Assembly (NCBI RefSeq): GCF_036321535.1
Contig: NC_087436.1
Location: 90,150,001-90,214,000, forward strand
Reading direction: 5' to 3'
Source of the DNA: Camelus dromedarius
Lineage: Eukaryota
Length of the DNA: 64,000 nt
In this document: piece after piece, positions 1-12,206 of the stretch
Position numbering within the stretch: the first letter of the stretch is position 1
Layout of the letters: each line of letters opens with the position of its first letter
Position numbers and translations under genes: made by a program
Notes under the pieces: generated by a model
Told to the model about the DNA's origin: nothing
The model's database searches: none
Seen by the model: only the letters and a program-made list of their open reading frames with translations

Positions 1-747
1 TGTATATGTAGAAATACCTGGAACTTTTTTCCAAGGGGGGAAAAAAAAAGCAACTGTAAATCTGAAGAGATGTTTGATCTTCTGTGCTTCTCACTTCTGG
101 TCAGGGACTTCAAGGGAAGAATGGTGGTTAAGGGACTGAAATGCTTGGCTGAATTCTGCCTTTATGTTACTTGGGTTTAATTAAATGAAGCCGATGAATC
201 ATGCAATAAGGAAATGGCATTATGCTGTCAATGATTTAAAGCCAGAAATCCTTGTGTATGAAAAGGATAAAATGTCCCATAGTAGATACTGAGCTCTAAA
301 TTCTGCTTACCAATGTAGTGAACTTACACAGAGTGATACATATCTTCCTGCATTTTTACATACTGAAGACATAGGTGTGCTAGATTCGTCCTAAGTCACC
401 ATTGGTCCTAAGGAGTCATGATTATTTTCCAGATTTGATGCATGCACATTTTAAGGCAGGGTTTCTCTCAGACTTTAAGGTTACAGACTATAAAGCAAAA
501 CTTATTTTTATGCCTCAGTGATTTCAATTATATAGAAGCAGCCTTCTATGAGGGGCCATTCCTTTCCAGCTGTTGTATCAGACAAGAATATGTACTAAAG
601 TATCAACAGGATTCCTGTTCTCTGCCTGGGTCGGGTAGCAGAATGATGGAGAGCAAAACAGTAAAAGATGAAGCAGAACAAAAAAATGGATGCCCCCTAT
701 TGACCACCTCTGGAACTTCTGATCTGTACTTTCTACAATCAGAATGC

Positions 748-1040
748 ATCTATGTACAAAACAGAAACAGACTCACAGACATAGAAAACACATTTATGGT
801 TACCAGGGAGGAAAGGGATAGATTAAGAGTATGGGATTAACAGATACAAACTACTATACATAAAATAGATAAGCAACAAGGACCTACTCTACAGCACAGG
901 GAACTATATTCAGTATCTTATCTTGTAATAAACTATAATGGAAAGTAATCTGAAAACATATATATAACTGCACCGCTTTGCTGTATGTCTAAAACCAACA
1001 CAATATTGTAAATATACTATACTTCAATTTTTAAAAAGAA
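748..1040 (+). mobile_element. 5'-truncated L1 3'UTR, artiodactyl-type
   Basis: Contains acagaaacagactcacagacatagaaaac, aacagatacaaactactata and acagcacagggaactatattcagtatc, and ends tatacttcaatttttaaaaagaa. These motifs match my recall of cetartiodactyl L1 3' ends. Confidence 0.85.
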
Positions 1041-1210
1041 ACCCTGTTTTGGCAGCTGACAAGTGATCTCTAAACATTGTCAACACCCAGCCACCCTAGC
1101 CTCTGGAGAGAGTAAGGGTATAAGTACATATCAGGGTCAGCTTTTAGAAGCCAGAAAAGTTCAGATGCCTGGTTTCTATGTTTCCAAGTGTCTAGAAAGT
1201 TACTCTCCAA

Positions 1211-1285
1211 CAAGAGTCGGCAAACATGACTTGTAGGCCATATCTGGCCCACCATCTGTCTTTTTAATAGTTTTATTTTTTGAAT
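1211..1285 (+). mobile_element. MER58-like hAT/Charlie MITE, left-end fragment
   Basis: caagagtcggcaaac...ggccatatctggcccaccatctgtc resembles the MER58 terminus CAGGGGTCGGCAAAC...GGCCAAATCCGGCCC. Confidence 0.65.
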
Positions 1286-2279
1286 TTGCAGATAATTTGG
1301 AAAACCACCAAATAATCACATCTCTCCTGTCCCAGTCATTTTTTTTTTAAATCTTAACCAATCCATGTTTCTACCTATTTTATTATAGATAACAGCAGAC
1401 ACTCAGGCTGTGCTCTATTCACATAAATACAGAGTACAAAGCGTAGTAAACATAAAGAACACTGCTTGATTTATTTTCCCTGGGTTTGTGTGATTTGTGT
1501 CAAAAATCAAAGCCAAATTCTTATAAAACTATCATAAAATGTGGTCCAGTTCTCTTAAATAATTGTATTTTACAGTTGGTATTTCCATTTGACCTCTGGG
1601 CCAAGCCAGGAGTGATTCACAGGTCACTACAAATAAAACTCTAAAAAATAAGGGAAAGATTAAATAAAAACCTCATCCATCTTCTTCAGTCTAGAAATCA
1701 ATGTGGTATGTATTTGTCCTGAGGTAAACCTAGAATGTAACAAATTTCTTACTTGCAATCATGGCACACACTTAAAAGTCTACAGAAGTTTAAGTAGATT
1801 TCCAGAAAGATCCCTTCCTAGAAGGCATTTTTGATACATATGTGCTAGCCCAGGTTTCATGGATTCCTCTCAGCCTTCTAGCTCACTTATAGTTCACCCG
1901 CTGTTCCAGTAACCGGGCTTTTAGTGCCTTGTTTTCATGAAAGCAAGAAGCTCAGCAACAGAGTATCTTGCGATCATCTGCAGATCTGTTATGAACATGA
2001 GAGTCATTCATTGAAAATAAAGCCAGTCATCACTTTATATTCACTCTGCAGAACAGAATATAAAAGAAGAAGAAATTCCATATCCTGTCAAGTCTCAGGA
2101 ATTCTTTCTGGCAGCTCTTGCTGCTGCCCAAAGAATAGAAAAAAGAAAAAAAATATATATGTATATATATACTCTCTCTCTCACACACACAATTAAGTTT
2201 GTTTAAATGATTGATTGGGACTATTCATATGAATATGTCACTGTCAGGATTTTCTAACCTGGCTTCCTTAAAATACCAC

Positions 2280-2615
2280 TTGTGGCCGCCACGGAGAGGT
2301 ACCACTCAGATCTCCTATCATAGAGAATGGTTCCCATTCAGCTGTAAGGAATAGTTTCTTGACAGCCTCCATCTATCAACACCTTCAGGATCACCTCAGC
2401 TTTCAAGCTGCAGCCACACTATTCTTGGAAAGTCCCCAGACAATCCCTGAGCACGTGGAGATAACTAAAACAAGGCCATGTTCCTCTACATGGGACTCTC
2501 ATAACAACAACAACAACACTTGTTCCAGAGCTGTCTGTGATTTGGTGAAAACATATCTTCTTTGCAGTTTGTTGCTCTCTCTGTCCAATCTTGCTATTTC
2601 TACATCCCTCCCCAC
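2280..2615 (+). mobile_element. Old ERVL LTR fragment (LTR16/LTR33-like)
   Basis: Motifs tgacagcctcc...cttcaggatcacctcagctt...gccacact, ttgttccagagct and ctgtccaatcttgct resemble the LTR16 group. Confidence 0.5.
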
Positions 2616-2699
2616 TGCCCAATAAGCATCACCTGCCCAGTGAAACTTCTGCAATGCTAACTGGGCCTCAGCCTCTACTCCTCAGACTACCTACTAACA

Positions 2700-2862
2700 T
2701 GAATGTATGATGAGATGTTAGTATGGTTCTTGAATAGAAAGTTTCATGGCCAAACAAGTTGATTTCACATAGATACGCACAAATATACGTTAGCATTATA
2801 GAATTTCTGCAGTGACTGCATTTGTTTAATGTTGTTTCAATCTGCATTTCTAGACTTATTTA
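2700..2862 (-). mobile_element. hAT-Charlie fragment (MER103-like)
   Basis: Reverse strand reads aaataagtctagaaatgc...ctgcagaaattctataatgctaa...ttgtttggccatgaaac; degraded match. Confidence 0.4.
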
Positions 2863-4094
2863 ATAATTTAGTGCTTTCCCCCACATTTTTATTTCAGTAT
2901 CTCTATTGATTCCAGTGTTCTGCAGATTTTGATATATTTGATATAATGGTGTTAACAAAATATATATTTTTTTTATGTTGGAAAAAGGAAAACCTCTCTT
3001 CTTCAAGCCACACGTATACTCCCAAATTTTGCTTCTTAGAAAGAGGTAATGCAATTGGTAATATTCAGTGATGATCACATGGCTCTCTTACCAGAGATCA
3101 GGATCACTCAGAAAGTAGAAGTCAGAGGCCAAGAAGTTTCTTTCTCTTTCTCCTTCTACCCATACTCTGGTTGACCCTCATTTTTCTCTTCAACTATGTG
3201 GCTACTTAAAGCATAAAAAAGATACTCAGTTAGGATTGGAGTTTATGGCTTAATGAGGTTTCATCATCCTCTATCTGGGCTTCAATATGAAGCTCCGCAT
3301 ATCAGAGAGCTCTTCTGCTTGGGACGGGGGTAGCGTTGGTGATACAGGAACACAGACCCAGTTAACAATAATGATAGTCTGCTTTCCTCTAACATTGCCT
3401 CTTATTCATCTATATTCCTTATAGAAGTTTTGGCCAGGAAGGATTTCAGACATTCCTTATCTCTCTGGCCATCTTCAAATCATCAGAATTCCCCTTTGCA
3501 TTTTAACAGCTTTGATATTCAGCTGCACTCTCGATCTTATTTTAAAGACGTATTTATTTTTCAACCAGCTTTTTCCAACACTCTTGTACTTACTCATCAG
3601 GGGCATGCTGACCCAGAGCAGTAATGAGGAATACAGCAAGATAAAACTCAGTCTATTTTATTAAGGGAAACTTGAAACTCAGTGATATTTTCTGAGATTC
3701 ATATCATGGCTCTGGTGAATAGATACTGAAAACAAATACTAAGAACAGAGATCTTATTAGAAATTCTTCTAGCACATCATTATCTGGATTGGTATCTCAA
3801 ATATGCTACCCCAGAGAAATCTTTTTATAAAGCTTCTGAGACGGGAGAGAATATAACAGTGACTCCACAATATCCCTATCATCGGAAAACATCAGTTAAA
3901 ATACTTTTGCAGCTCTGTGTCTATGTGGACATACAGCCCAATTTGCCTGTGGGTGGTGTGGTACCACGAGGTTATGGGTGGGCACCTGTACAATCCTATA
4001 CAGGGCATGCTAAGGTAATCCTTAATAGATCTTGTGAGGTACCTATTAAGACAACCTTTACAGAGACATTACACTTGTCATATGTGATATAAAA

Positions 4095-4270
4095 TTAAGA
4101 ACAGAAGTCAGGAAATCTGAATCAGTTTCTAGCTCTACCTCTTACCGCCTATGAGAACTTGAGCTAGTGATTAACCTTTCTGAAGCTCAGTATCTTCACT
4201 TGTAAAGACAGGGATCACGATGACCTTATTTTACCACAGGGATGATAAGAACAGGCAGATTAGGAAAGAT
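4095..4270 (+). mobile_element. MIR SINE
   Basis: MIR core: ctagctctacctcttacc...ttgagctagtgattaacctttctgaagctcagtatcttcacttgtaaa. Confidence 0.75.
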
Positions 4271-4423
4271 ATGGCCTTTTTATTAAATGAGAAAGCATTA
4301 TAAAAGTAAAAATGAAAAATCTTAGAATAAACCTTAGACAAAATGTATAAAGGAAGTAAGTTTTTGTTCTGGTCCTCAGATTTCACTGTAGATAGCCCAA
4401 ACAATGATCTATGTTTTAGATCA

Positions 4424-4963
4424 TGTATAATAAATATAATTCTAAGGTGGCCTCCATGATTTCTGATGCTTGTTTCTAGCCAAAAGAATACAGCAAAGGG
4501 GATGGGATTTAATCCTGCTGACAAAGCTACATTATCTGGGAAAAAGTGATGGTGATAGGACTACACTCCCTTGATCTCATTATGTTATATAAAACTCCCT
4601 CTCTCCAGCCTGCAGTAAAAGAATATGCTAGTGGCTTTGAAGAAGAAAGTTGTCAGTTATGAATTGCCTACTGAGAACATCACATGGCAAGATTGCAGGG
4701 GACTTCTAGGAGCTGAGGGCTTCAGCCTTGCAACCATAAGCAAGTGAATTCTTCCAACAACCACATGGAACAAGGTCCAGAACCTCAGATGAAACCACAG
4801 CCTTGGGCAACATTATAACTGCAGCCTGTGGAACCCTTAGCAGAGGATCCCTTTGAGCCATGTTCAGATTCTTGATCCATGAAAATATGCAGTAATAAGT
4901 AAAAGTTGTTTTAAATCATAAAGTTTGTGGAGATCTGTTTTATAGCCATGGAAAAATAATGCA
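4424..4963 (+). mobile_element. MaLR solo LTR (MLT1, E/F/G-like)
   Basis: Starts tg...aattctaaggtggcctccatgatt. Contains ggctttgaaga and aattcttccaacaacc. Ends with the MLT1 3' motif gttgttttaaatcataaagtttgtgg...aataatgca. Confidence 0.8.
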
Positions 4964-5897
4964 CCAGATTACAGATCTTTCCTTTCACATTAAACCTAAA
5001 CTGTCTGGTTTTCCAAAATTAATCTGACTCATGAATTGATACTGTGTTAATTTTTCACTATTCTACTCTCTCTAGTTAACATACATGAATGGCAAATATA
5101 CATATGCAATAATGGTAAATGTCTTAATTTAATGGTTTTCTAAAAGAGAAACTCAGAGCCCTAGAAAGATTTCATGGAAGAGACTTGGAGTTATAGGTAG
5201 GTAAATTGATAGAAGAGGGACATGCAAAATAATTCCAGGTCTTGATTCCTGCTTCTCTGCTATAAATGCAGCAATTGCTTTAGGTGTACAAGTTAGAAAT
5301 TACTTTTAAAAACAGTTATTTGTATAAAATATGTGAAAATGACTTTCTTAAGCCACAACATTAATGAATGGTCAGAGGTTGAGTGAAGGGAGGTGTTGTC
5401 ATAATCCCAGTTCCAAGCATATGTAGATACACAATAAGGAAAGAAAGAAAAAAGAAAGGAAGGAAGGTAGGAAGGAGAAATTGAAATAATGTGTGTAAAA
5501 ATCCTAGGCTCCTAACAGACACTTTAAAATGTTAGCATTTAAAATCATTTATTTTGTACATTTTGTATTTTTGTACATTGTACTTCATTCTGTACTGAAA
5601 TTCATTCTCATTCATTTCATTTATTCTCATAATCTTGAGAAACAATAGTATTTGACTTTTTGCCTTTTTTAAGGGGCAAACTGTAATCTCAGAGCTCCTT
5701 TTTTTTTTTTTTTGGTTTAATGGTGCTAAATTCCAAGCAAACTAACAATAACCAATGGATAAAACATGAAATAAAACATATTCCATTCTGTATATATAAA
5801 TAAGAAACCAAATGGTATGTGAGTGAGTTGTCCAACTGGTGATTCTTCAGTAATTGCTCTCTGTCAGGCCTTAGCATGTGCTAAGATCACCTGTCTT

Positions 5898-6493
5898 TGA
5901 TGTAGAAAAATAGATGTGGGGCATAAGGAGGTCTGTGTCCCAGGCTTCAGCTGAGCACCTGGGACATGCCCTGCCAAGCATGGGTCCTTGGCTTCACGCA
6001 GGAAAGAATTCAAGAGCGAGCCATAGTTGAGTAAAGGCAGATTTGTATAGAGAGATATATTGAAAGGCAAGAGAAAGGCCACAAGGTGTGGGGGTTGGGT
6101 GCTCAGATTAAAGGAGGTACACACTCCAGAGACAGAATGTGGGACCTCTCCAAAGAGGGAGAGAGAGCCGCTACGCTCTGTGTTGTTAGTTTTTATGGGC
6201 TTGGTGGCTTCATATGCTAATAAGTGGAAGGACCAGTCAAAGTAACCCGGGGAAGGGGCTGGGATTCCCAGGAAGTTGGCCATTTTCCACTCTTTGACCT
6301 TTTGTGGCTAGCCTTGGGACTGCCATGGTGCCTGTGGGCATGTTATTCACCATGTTAATATATTCCAATGAGCATATAATGAAGCTCAAGATCTACTGGA
6401 AGTAAATCTCTCACCATCCTGAGCCTCAAGGCCTACTGGGGGTTGAATGTTTCACTGCCTTGAATGGCTGTGTCCTGCCCCCTTCCTATCTCA
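5898..6493 (-). mobile_element. ERV1-type solo LTR (596 bp)
   Basis: TG...CA termini (tgatgtag / ctatctca). Flanks tctt and cctt fit a 4-bp TSD with one mismatch. GC-richer than surroundings and contains gggtccttggcttcacgcaggaaagaattcaagagcgagcc, typical of ERV1 LTR R/U5 in reverse orientation. Confidence 0.8.
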
Positions 6494-7519
6494 CCTTGAC
6501 CACTGAGCACAGTGCTCTCCAAAATACATATTCAAAGATAAAATAAATTTCTTTTTATTTCTTTGGGTTAAAAGGTAAATGAATTAGAAAGTTAAAGCAA
6601 CGTAAGGAGTTCACTTGCACTCACTAAACTGAGGCACTTTTAGAGACCAACTAGATTTTAAATGGCAAAACGGAATCCAAGTTTCTATGAACACAGAGAA
6701 GCAACTCCTGGCCTGACCGCAGTGCACAAATGTAAGGCAGCTCAGGAGATGGGCTATGGTTTTTAAGTAAGTTCACACTCCAAACCCAATTATAACATTT
6801 TATATTAGTTACAGGGCTAGAAATAGCAAAGCACTTTAATGTGTCAACTCCTTTTATCTCCAGCATGTCTATCTTGGTTATAATGCAAAGCTATCCACTG
6901 GCTTTTATCTAATATACTTGCCAGAATCTTCAAACTTTCCCTTTGACATCCTTGCTATTAAAAAGCCAGGAGCATCAGCAAGTTGTAGACCTGTGGAAAT
7001 CTATTTTTTGCTATTCAATCAAGTAGGAGGATATTTTAAGATGTACTTGAGATTTTAAGCTCCTGAAAAGTAAGTAGGGATTTTTTTCCCTTATAGGCTG
7101 CCAACTCCCAGATTTCATTTCCCATCTTTCCTAACTAAATTTTAAAACCAAGCTATGGAAATATGATTTCTGTCAGTGTTCATCACTGTACAAATTTTAG
7201 GAATCATTTATTTGGATCTTGTGTGTCACGTGATGTGCACAAATTATGTTATATACAGTGTCGAAGAAAAGGAGGATGACAAAGGAGAAAAGACTAGTCC
7301 AGTTTGACCAATGAAACTATACAGGTCACTCATTTTTGAACACAGAAAAAAATTAAATGTTCAATTACTTCTGTCCCATAACGTCAGTGAGTAAAAAGAT
7401 TTCCTTACAATATAAAAGTAGAGAGTAGTTGGTAAATTACCAAAATATAGGTTGACATGAGAAATCAAATATAATTATGGTGGCCAGGAGGGTATAATAC
7501 TCAATCTTCTCTTTGAGAG

Positions 7520-7635
7520 AATCTATTGCAAAGAGTTTGTTGGCTGACAGTCTGTAGTGGCTGCACCTGGGGATTTCTTGTTCATGCTGGGGCCACATGC
7601 TCCTTCGGGCTGCTCCCACCAGTGGTTGAGCACAT
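7520..7635 (+). mobile_element. Short ERVL (LTR16-like) fragment
   Basis: ggctgacagtc...ggggccacatgctccttcgggctgctcccaccagtggttgagcaca. Confidence 0.35.
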
Positions 7636-7954
7636 TTGGGGAACTAGAGTTGGGGTAGTTAGGTCATCTGCTTAACCTCTCTAAAAGGCAGTCTCCTCAG
7701 GAGACTCCCTGTTGTCTTGAATAATGCTTTCTCAGAGTGATGAACTCTTTTACTCATTTGTGGCAGTAGAAACTGTACAGAGGACATGTGTGATCATAAT
7801 ATTGAACTTAAGGTCCAGACCTGAAGCTATGCTTTTCTATCAATTCCATGAAATAAACTTAAAATAGTAGCAGAGTTGCTGTTCTGGGCAGCCAAAGATT
7901 TGGTGGCTGTTTCTATTGTTTTGTTGTTGTTGTTTGTTTATTTGCTTGCATTTC

Positions 7955-7957
<3 letters not shown>

Positions 7958-7999
<42 letters not shown>

Positions 8000-8043
8000 T
8001 ATATATATGTGTTATATATATATAATATATATATATATATATA
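7958..8043. repeat. Compound microsatellite, about 15 (AC) units followed by an imperfect (TA)n
   Basis: Directly visible. Confidence 0.95.
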
Positions 8044-8044
8044 A

Positions 8045-8531
8045 CGTTGATTGAAATAAATGCACAGCCTAAAAGTTGAGAGTTAAGTTTTATTTGGCAG
8101 GACTCAAGCCGGGATGACAGCCTCTCAGATCGCTCTGAGGGACTGCTCCAAAGAGGTAGGGGAGGAGCTAGGATATACAGGAGCTTTACAACAAAGACCA
8201 GGTGGTTGGAACAATAAAAGATTATTTGTTATCTAAAAAAAAAAACAAACAGGCATCTCAAGTTAAAGAATTTAGTGCTTTTCTATGTATGGGAGGAAGC
8301 AAACATTTGGGCTCATTGAATTCATTCCTTTGACAAGCATCTAGCTATCTAGGGCCAATATCTTGTTCTTTATTATTCTGAGTCCGTTCTGAGTGCACCA
8401 TTGTGAGTGGCTGCAGAGGCCTGGCTGCAGGCTTGTCTTCACCTTGGCGGGTGGCAGCAGCAGCAGATGATGACTTGATGGCTTCAGCATTCTTTGTTTA
8501 CTGATAGGGTTTGCAGTATTTTTCGTTCATA
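8045..8531 (-). mobile_element. MER41-like ERV1 solo LTR (cetartiodactyl MER41 lineage)
   Basis: aaatgcacagcctaaaagttgagagttaagttttatttgg, gacagcctctcagat...ctctgagggactgctccaaagagg and catctcaagttaaagaatttagtgcttttctatgtatgggagg match my recall of ungulate MER41. AATAAA lies on the minus strand near the left end. Confidence 0.75.
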
Positions 8532-10449
8532 GTGAGAAATCTTAGTATATCCTTAGTGGCAGGATATTAGTTTCAGTGAAGCTTGACACAGTTAATGTAT
8601 TAGAAATAAGAGTGGCTTGGTGGTTCAATTAGAAAAGAAAATACTTTCTTAACGACTGTCAGTTCCTTGTACAGTATTATAAGGATCCCTGAAATGGACG
8701 GTTTTTTTTGATAGAGCAATAGTTGGTCATTCTCCTTATAAGCTTACATAGGTCAATCAGTGTCTTTATCCTTTCGATGCTTTAAATGATGCTGACTTTT
8801 TCAGAACTGGTATTACCAGCACTTCTTTGGTGTTTAGGGCTGCTTTTTAGTTGAAATCAAAAGTGTCATTTATATTTGAACAGTCATTACTTTCCATAGT
8901 TCTGTTAAATATCATCCCAAAAAATATTGTACAGATGTCTTCTGTTGCGTGAATACTGAGCAAAATCATATTGATTTCAGTTGCACTTTGCCTAGTAGCA
9001 TTTGCATCATAAAAGTAGAGCTTAGCTATCACACAATGCAAGAAGAGTGAACACACTGATGCTTTTGCTCCACCAAATGACAAACTCAATAGCTTCATTT
9101 ACATTACTTTAGGTCTAGATAACTTGAGTTTTTATGTCCTGAGAATGTGAATCTCTTCATTTCTTGTGTTTATAGGCTTAAAATTGGTATCCTACACGTG
9201 AATAGGAAATTATGCTAATATGGGGTTAAATGATTGTTAACTTGCTGGAATTTTAAGAAGAGGATCTGTTTGCCTACTGCCTGTGAGCATGAATCTCCAG
9301 CTATCTAGTTATAACTCATAGGTTCTTAAGTTACAGAGCATAGCTTTACCCCAGTGTTATGATGTGACTCATCCCAGAAATGGCTACCAAGGGACAGCTT
9401 GCCCACAAAGAATACAGTAATATGATAAATCCTGGATAGCTACATTTCAAATTATGGATTGGATGATGGTCAGAACCTTCACATTTTACTATGTTCACTT
9501 TGTATCAATGTGCACTGTGTACTGAAAATAGTAGAAATACTTGAAAATAGATACTCCTACATCCATATAGCTTATTATCAGGAATAAGAATTAAGGCAGT
9601 CTTCATCAACACAACTATAAAATTTGCTACAGGAAATTCTTGCTGGGAGATAAGACTATAGACCAGTAAATAATTTCATTAAATATTTTAGGAATTCCCC
9701 TTGAGCAATATGTTTCCTTCAAGGTTCTAAGCCATCTAATGTTCTCAGGATGATTTTTTTTTTTTTTTATGTGAGTAGAACAGATAATTCCATGTTCTCT
9801 TTTCCTAGATGGGTAGGAGAAGAGGTACACTGGTTATTCTAAGACATAATTAAATATGATCCTCGGAAAACTTTGCTCCCATGTGCCACGGTCAGCGGTG
9901 CTGTTGGCAGTAGGAGGCCCAGATTTCAAGTAGCCGAGGCACATCAGTTGTATTTAGACAGCTGAGGCAGAATTTTTTTCCCCTGCTGTTTGGGATGTTG
10001 CCCATTTGGCTTGCTTTGGGGAGCTTACTGATCCCATAGCACTAACTGTTAAATGCCTCATAAGCATCCCACCACATCCTCAAACATGTACAGGTGGAGG
10101 GCCCTCATGAGACATTAATCACACACATAAACAACTCATCTAGCCTGGAGAAGCCCTAAAAGGTACAACTGGTGATAATGGATCTGCAAATGGACCTGAG
10201 GGACACTTCCAGGAAACTCTTATATAAAGTCAGAGCCCTGCAGCACTACGCCTTCTACAGCTGTAGCCTGAGGAAGGCCCTAGGGGACTCTCCCCAGTAC
10301 CCCTCGTGAACACAGAAGTTTTATATCAGTATCTTACATCTGCCCATGGGCCTATCAGCTCAAGAGGGAGCTACCAACTTCAGTGTAGGACTGTATTTAG
10401 TACATACAATTATTATCCAGAAAAAACGTCCTTTGCACTAAAGCCTACT

Positions 10450-10712
10450 ACTAATATCTACCATTAATTGAGCATTCACTGTGAGAAAGAGGATCCTTCT
10501 GGCTAAGTGCTTTACATTCTTTACCTTATATAAATACAAAGTCAAAATGGCAATATTATTAGTACAATTATCTCCATTTTATGACTGGAGGCAGTGAGGC
10601 TCTCAGAGATCAAATAACTTTTACAAGATCAAAAAAATTTGGAGGTGATGACCTGAAATTAGAACCCCACCAGTCTGACTCCTGAGTTTTACTTATAATC
10701 AGTGCATTACAC
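10450..10712 (-). mobile_element. MIR SINE
   Basis: attgagcattcactgtg...ctaagtgctttaca...ttatctccattttatgactggaggcagtgaggctctcagaga...cagtctgactcc. Confidence 0.8.
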
Positions 10713-11019
10713 CCATGAAATTAAGTCGTCTTCAGATGCATGTATCCCCTGACTAGTGGACTGGGGTCTCTGTTAAAAAGTGGACTTTCAGTCGTTATTC
10801 CAGGTAACCAATGGCATGTATTTTTTCTTGATGGTACGTGTTCTGAATCACACAGTTCCTGGTCCCTGAAGCCATATTTTCTAGCATCTTGTCTATCTTC
10901 TCTGCATCTTGAGTTCTCATTTATTGGCTTAAGTATATATATAATCTCCATTTCTCATCGCATGGTCTCTTTCAGTGGATTCCTAATTCTCACTAAGCGA
11001 TATTAGAATTATTCCTCTA

Positions 11020-11592
11020 AATGGACATTTGTCTGTTACCTACCCAAATTCTATTCATCTTTTTCTTTCCAAAATATATCCAAATGTTTGTCTTGAGCTG
11101 CTGCTTTTTACATAGCCTGTATATCTCTTGAAGCTGACCCCACCTTCAAGTACAATTATAGACTCTGATTATTTTAGCTCAGTCAATACAGTTCATCACC
11201 TTGCTCATGTTTAAGGATGGTTTAGGAGTGGGAAAATGATTTTGGTGGTACTCACAGTTTGAATTCCTTGAAATATTGTTTGATAAACCCCTTTTTCCTT
11301 TGCTGGACATGGATGAGGGAATATATAGCTCTAATCATAGTGGAAAGTCCCATACACGAGATCAGCTCATTCTAGGGTAAAAGCTGTTATTTTGGCTTTC
11401 AGAGCCAAAAAAGAGAAAAAGAGACTAGACATTTGATACCACTATTGAGCTTCTGGACCCATAAACTCTGAAATATACCTTACTCTGATCTCCAGTTACT
11501 GTATACAGTTAGGCTGATAAATTCTTCTACTGTTAATGTCAATTTGAGAGGAGACCATGTTATATGCAAATATAAGGGTCCTAACTGATACA
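11020..11592 (+). mobile_element. Old MaLR 5' LTR (MLT1J/K-like)
   Basis: Ends with the characteristic gtcctaactgataca and is followed directly by gaacttggtatcagagaatgagggg, the start of MaLR internal sequence. Confidence 0.7.
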
Positions 11593-12195
11593 GAACTTGG
11601 TATCAGAGAATGAGGGGTTAATAGAACAGAAAATGCAGTCTGGAGACATGTCTGAATTTATCCCAGGATGAAAAGTCAATGATCCTCCTTAGGTGTCTGT
11701 GTAATTGCTGCTTTTGTGTGTTAGGACACAAACTATGCTTTTAAAGGGTATAGTGTTAAGAGATTGTGAAGAAAATTCATGGGGTTGGAGCGTACCGGCT
11801 CCTTGTCCTGGCCTTCAGTGAGTTGCTACACACAGACTAAGTTCAGGCCAAAGGTGAACTGAATACTCACAGAAAGGGGCGGGCGGGAGGAAAGTGCTGC
11901 TTTGTTAAGAAACCTTTTTTTTTTTTAAATTAAAGTCTGCAATCTTAGTTAAGAGATAATGCAATAATTTTGACCCTGCTTGAACTGAAAAAAAATGTTT
12001 TCTCCATCATCCTAAATGTTGTTTAAACAGAATTGGAATAAAGGCTCTTAACAGAGGACATGACTAGAAAAGAAAGAGCACTTGTGTCTCAGCATCTCAA
12101 GGAAGACTCCTAATGTCTAGTTTGAACTAGCTCAGTCCACATCTGAGCCATCCCTTATTACGACCAGATAAATGGAACGCACTGAATGGTTTAAA
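11593..12195 (+). mobile_element. MaLR internal sequence (MLT1-int); probably resumes after the L1 and L2 insertions toward about 14870
   Basis: ttggtatcagagaatgagggg directly after the LTR end. The downstream extent is inferred and not well resolved. Confidence 0.45.
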
Positions 12196-12206
12196 TCAAC
12201 CAGATC

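Noticed and set aside
442..840. 132-aa ORF
   Set aside because: Its C-terminus runs through L1 3'UTR sequence and no protein family is recognisable.
5864..6283. 139-aa and 61-aa ORFs
   Set aside because: They lie almost entirely within a solo LTR and resemble no known protein.
8847..9098. 83-aa ORF as a possible exon or pseudogene
   Set aside because: No recognisable homology and no convincing splice sites.
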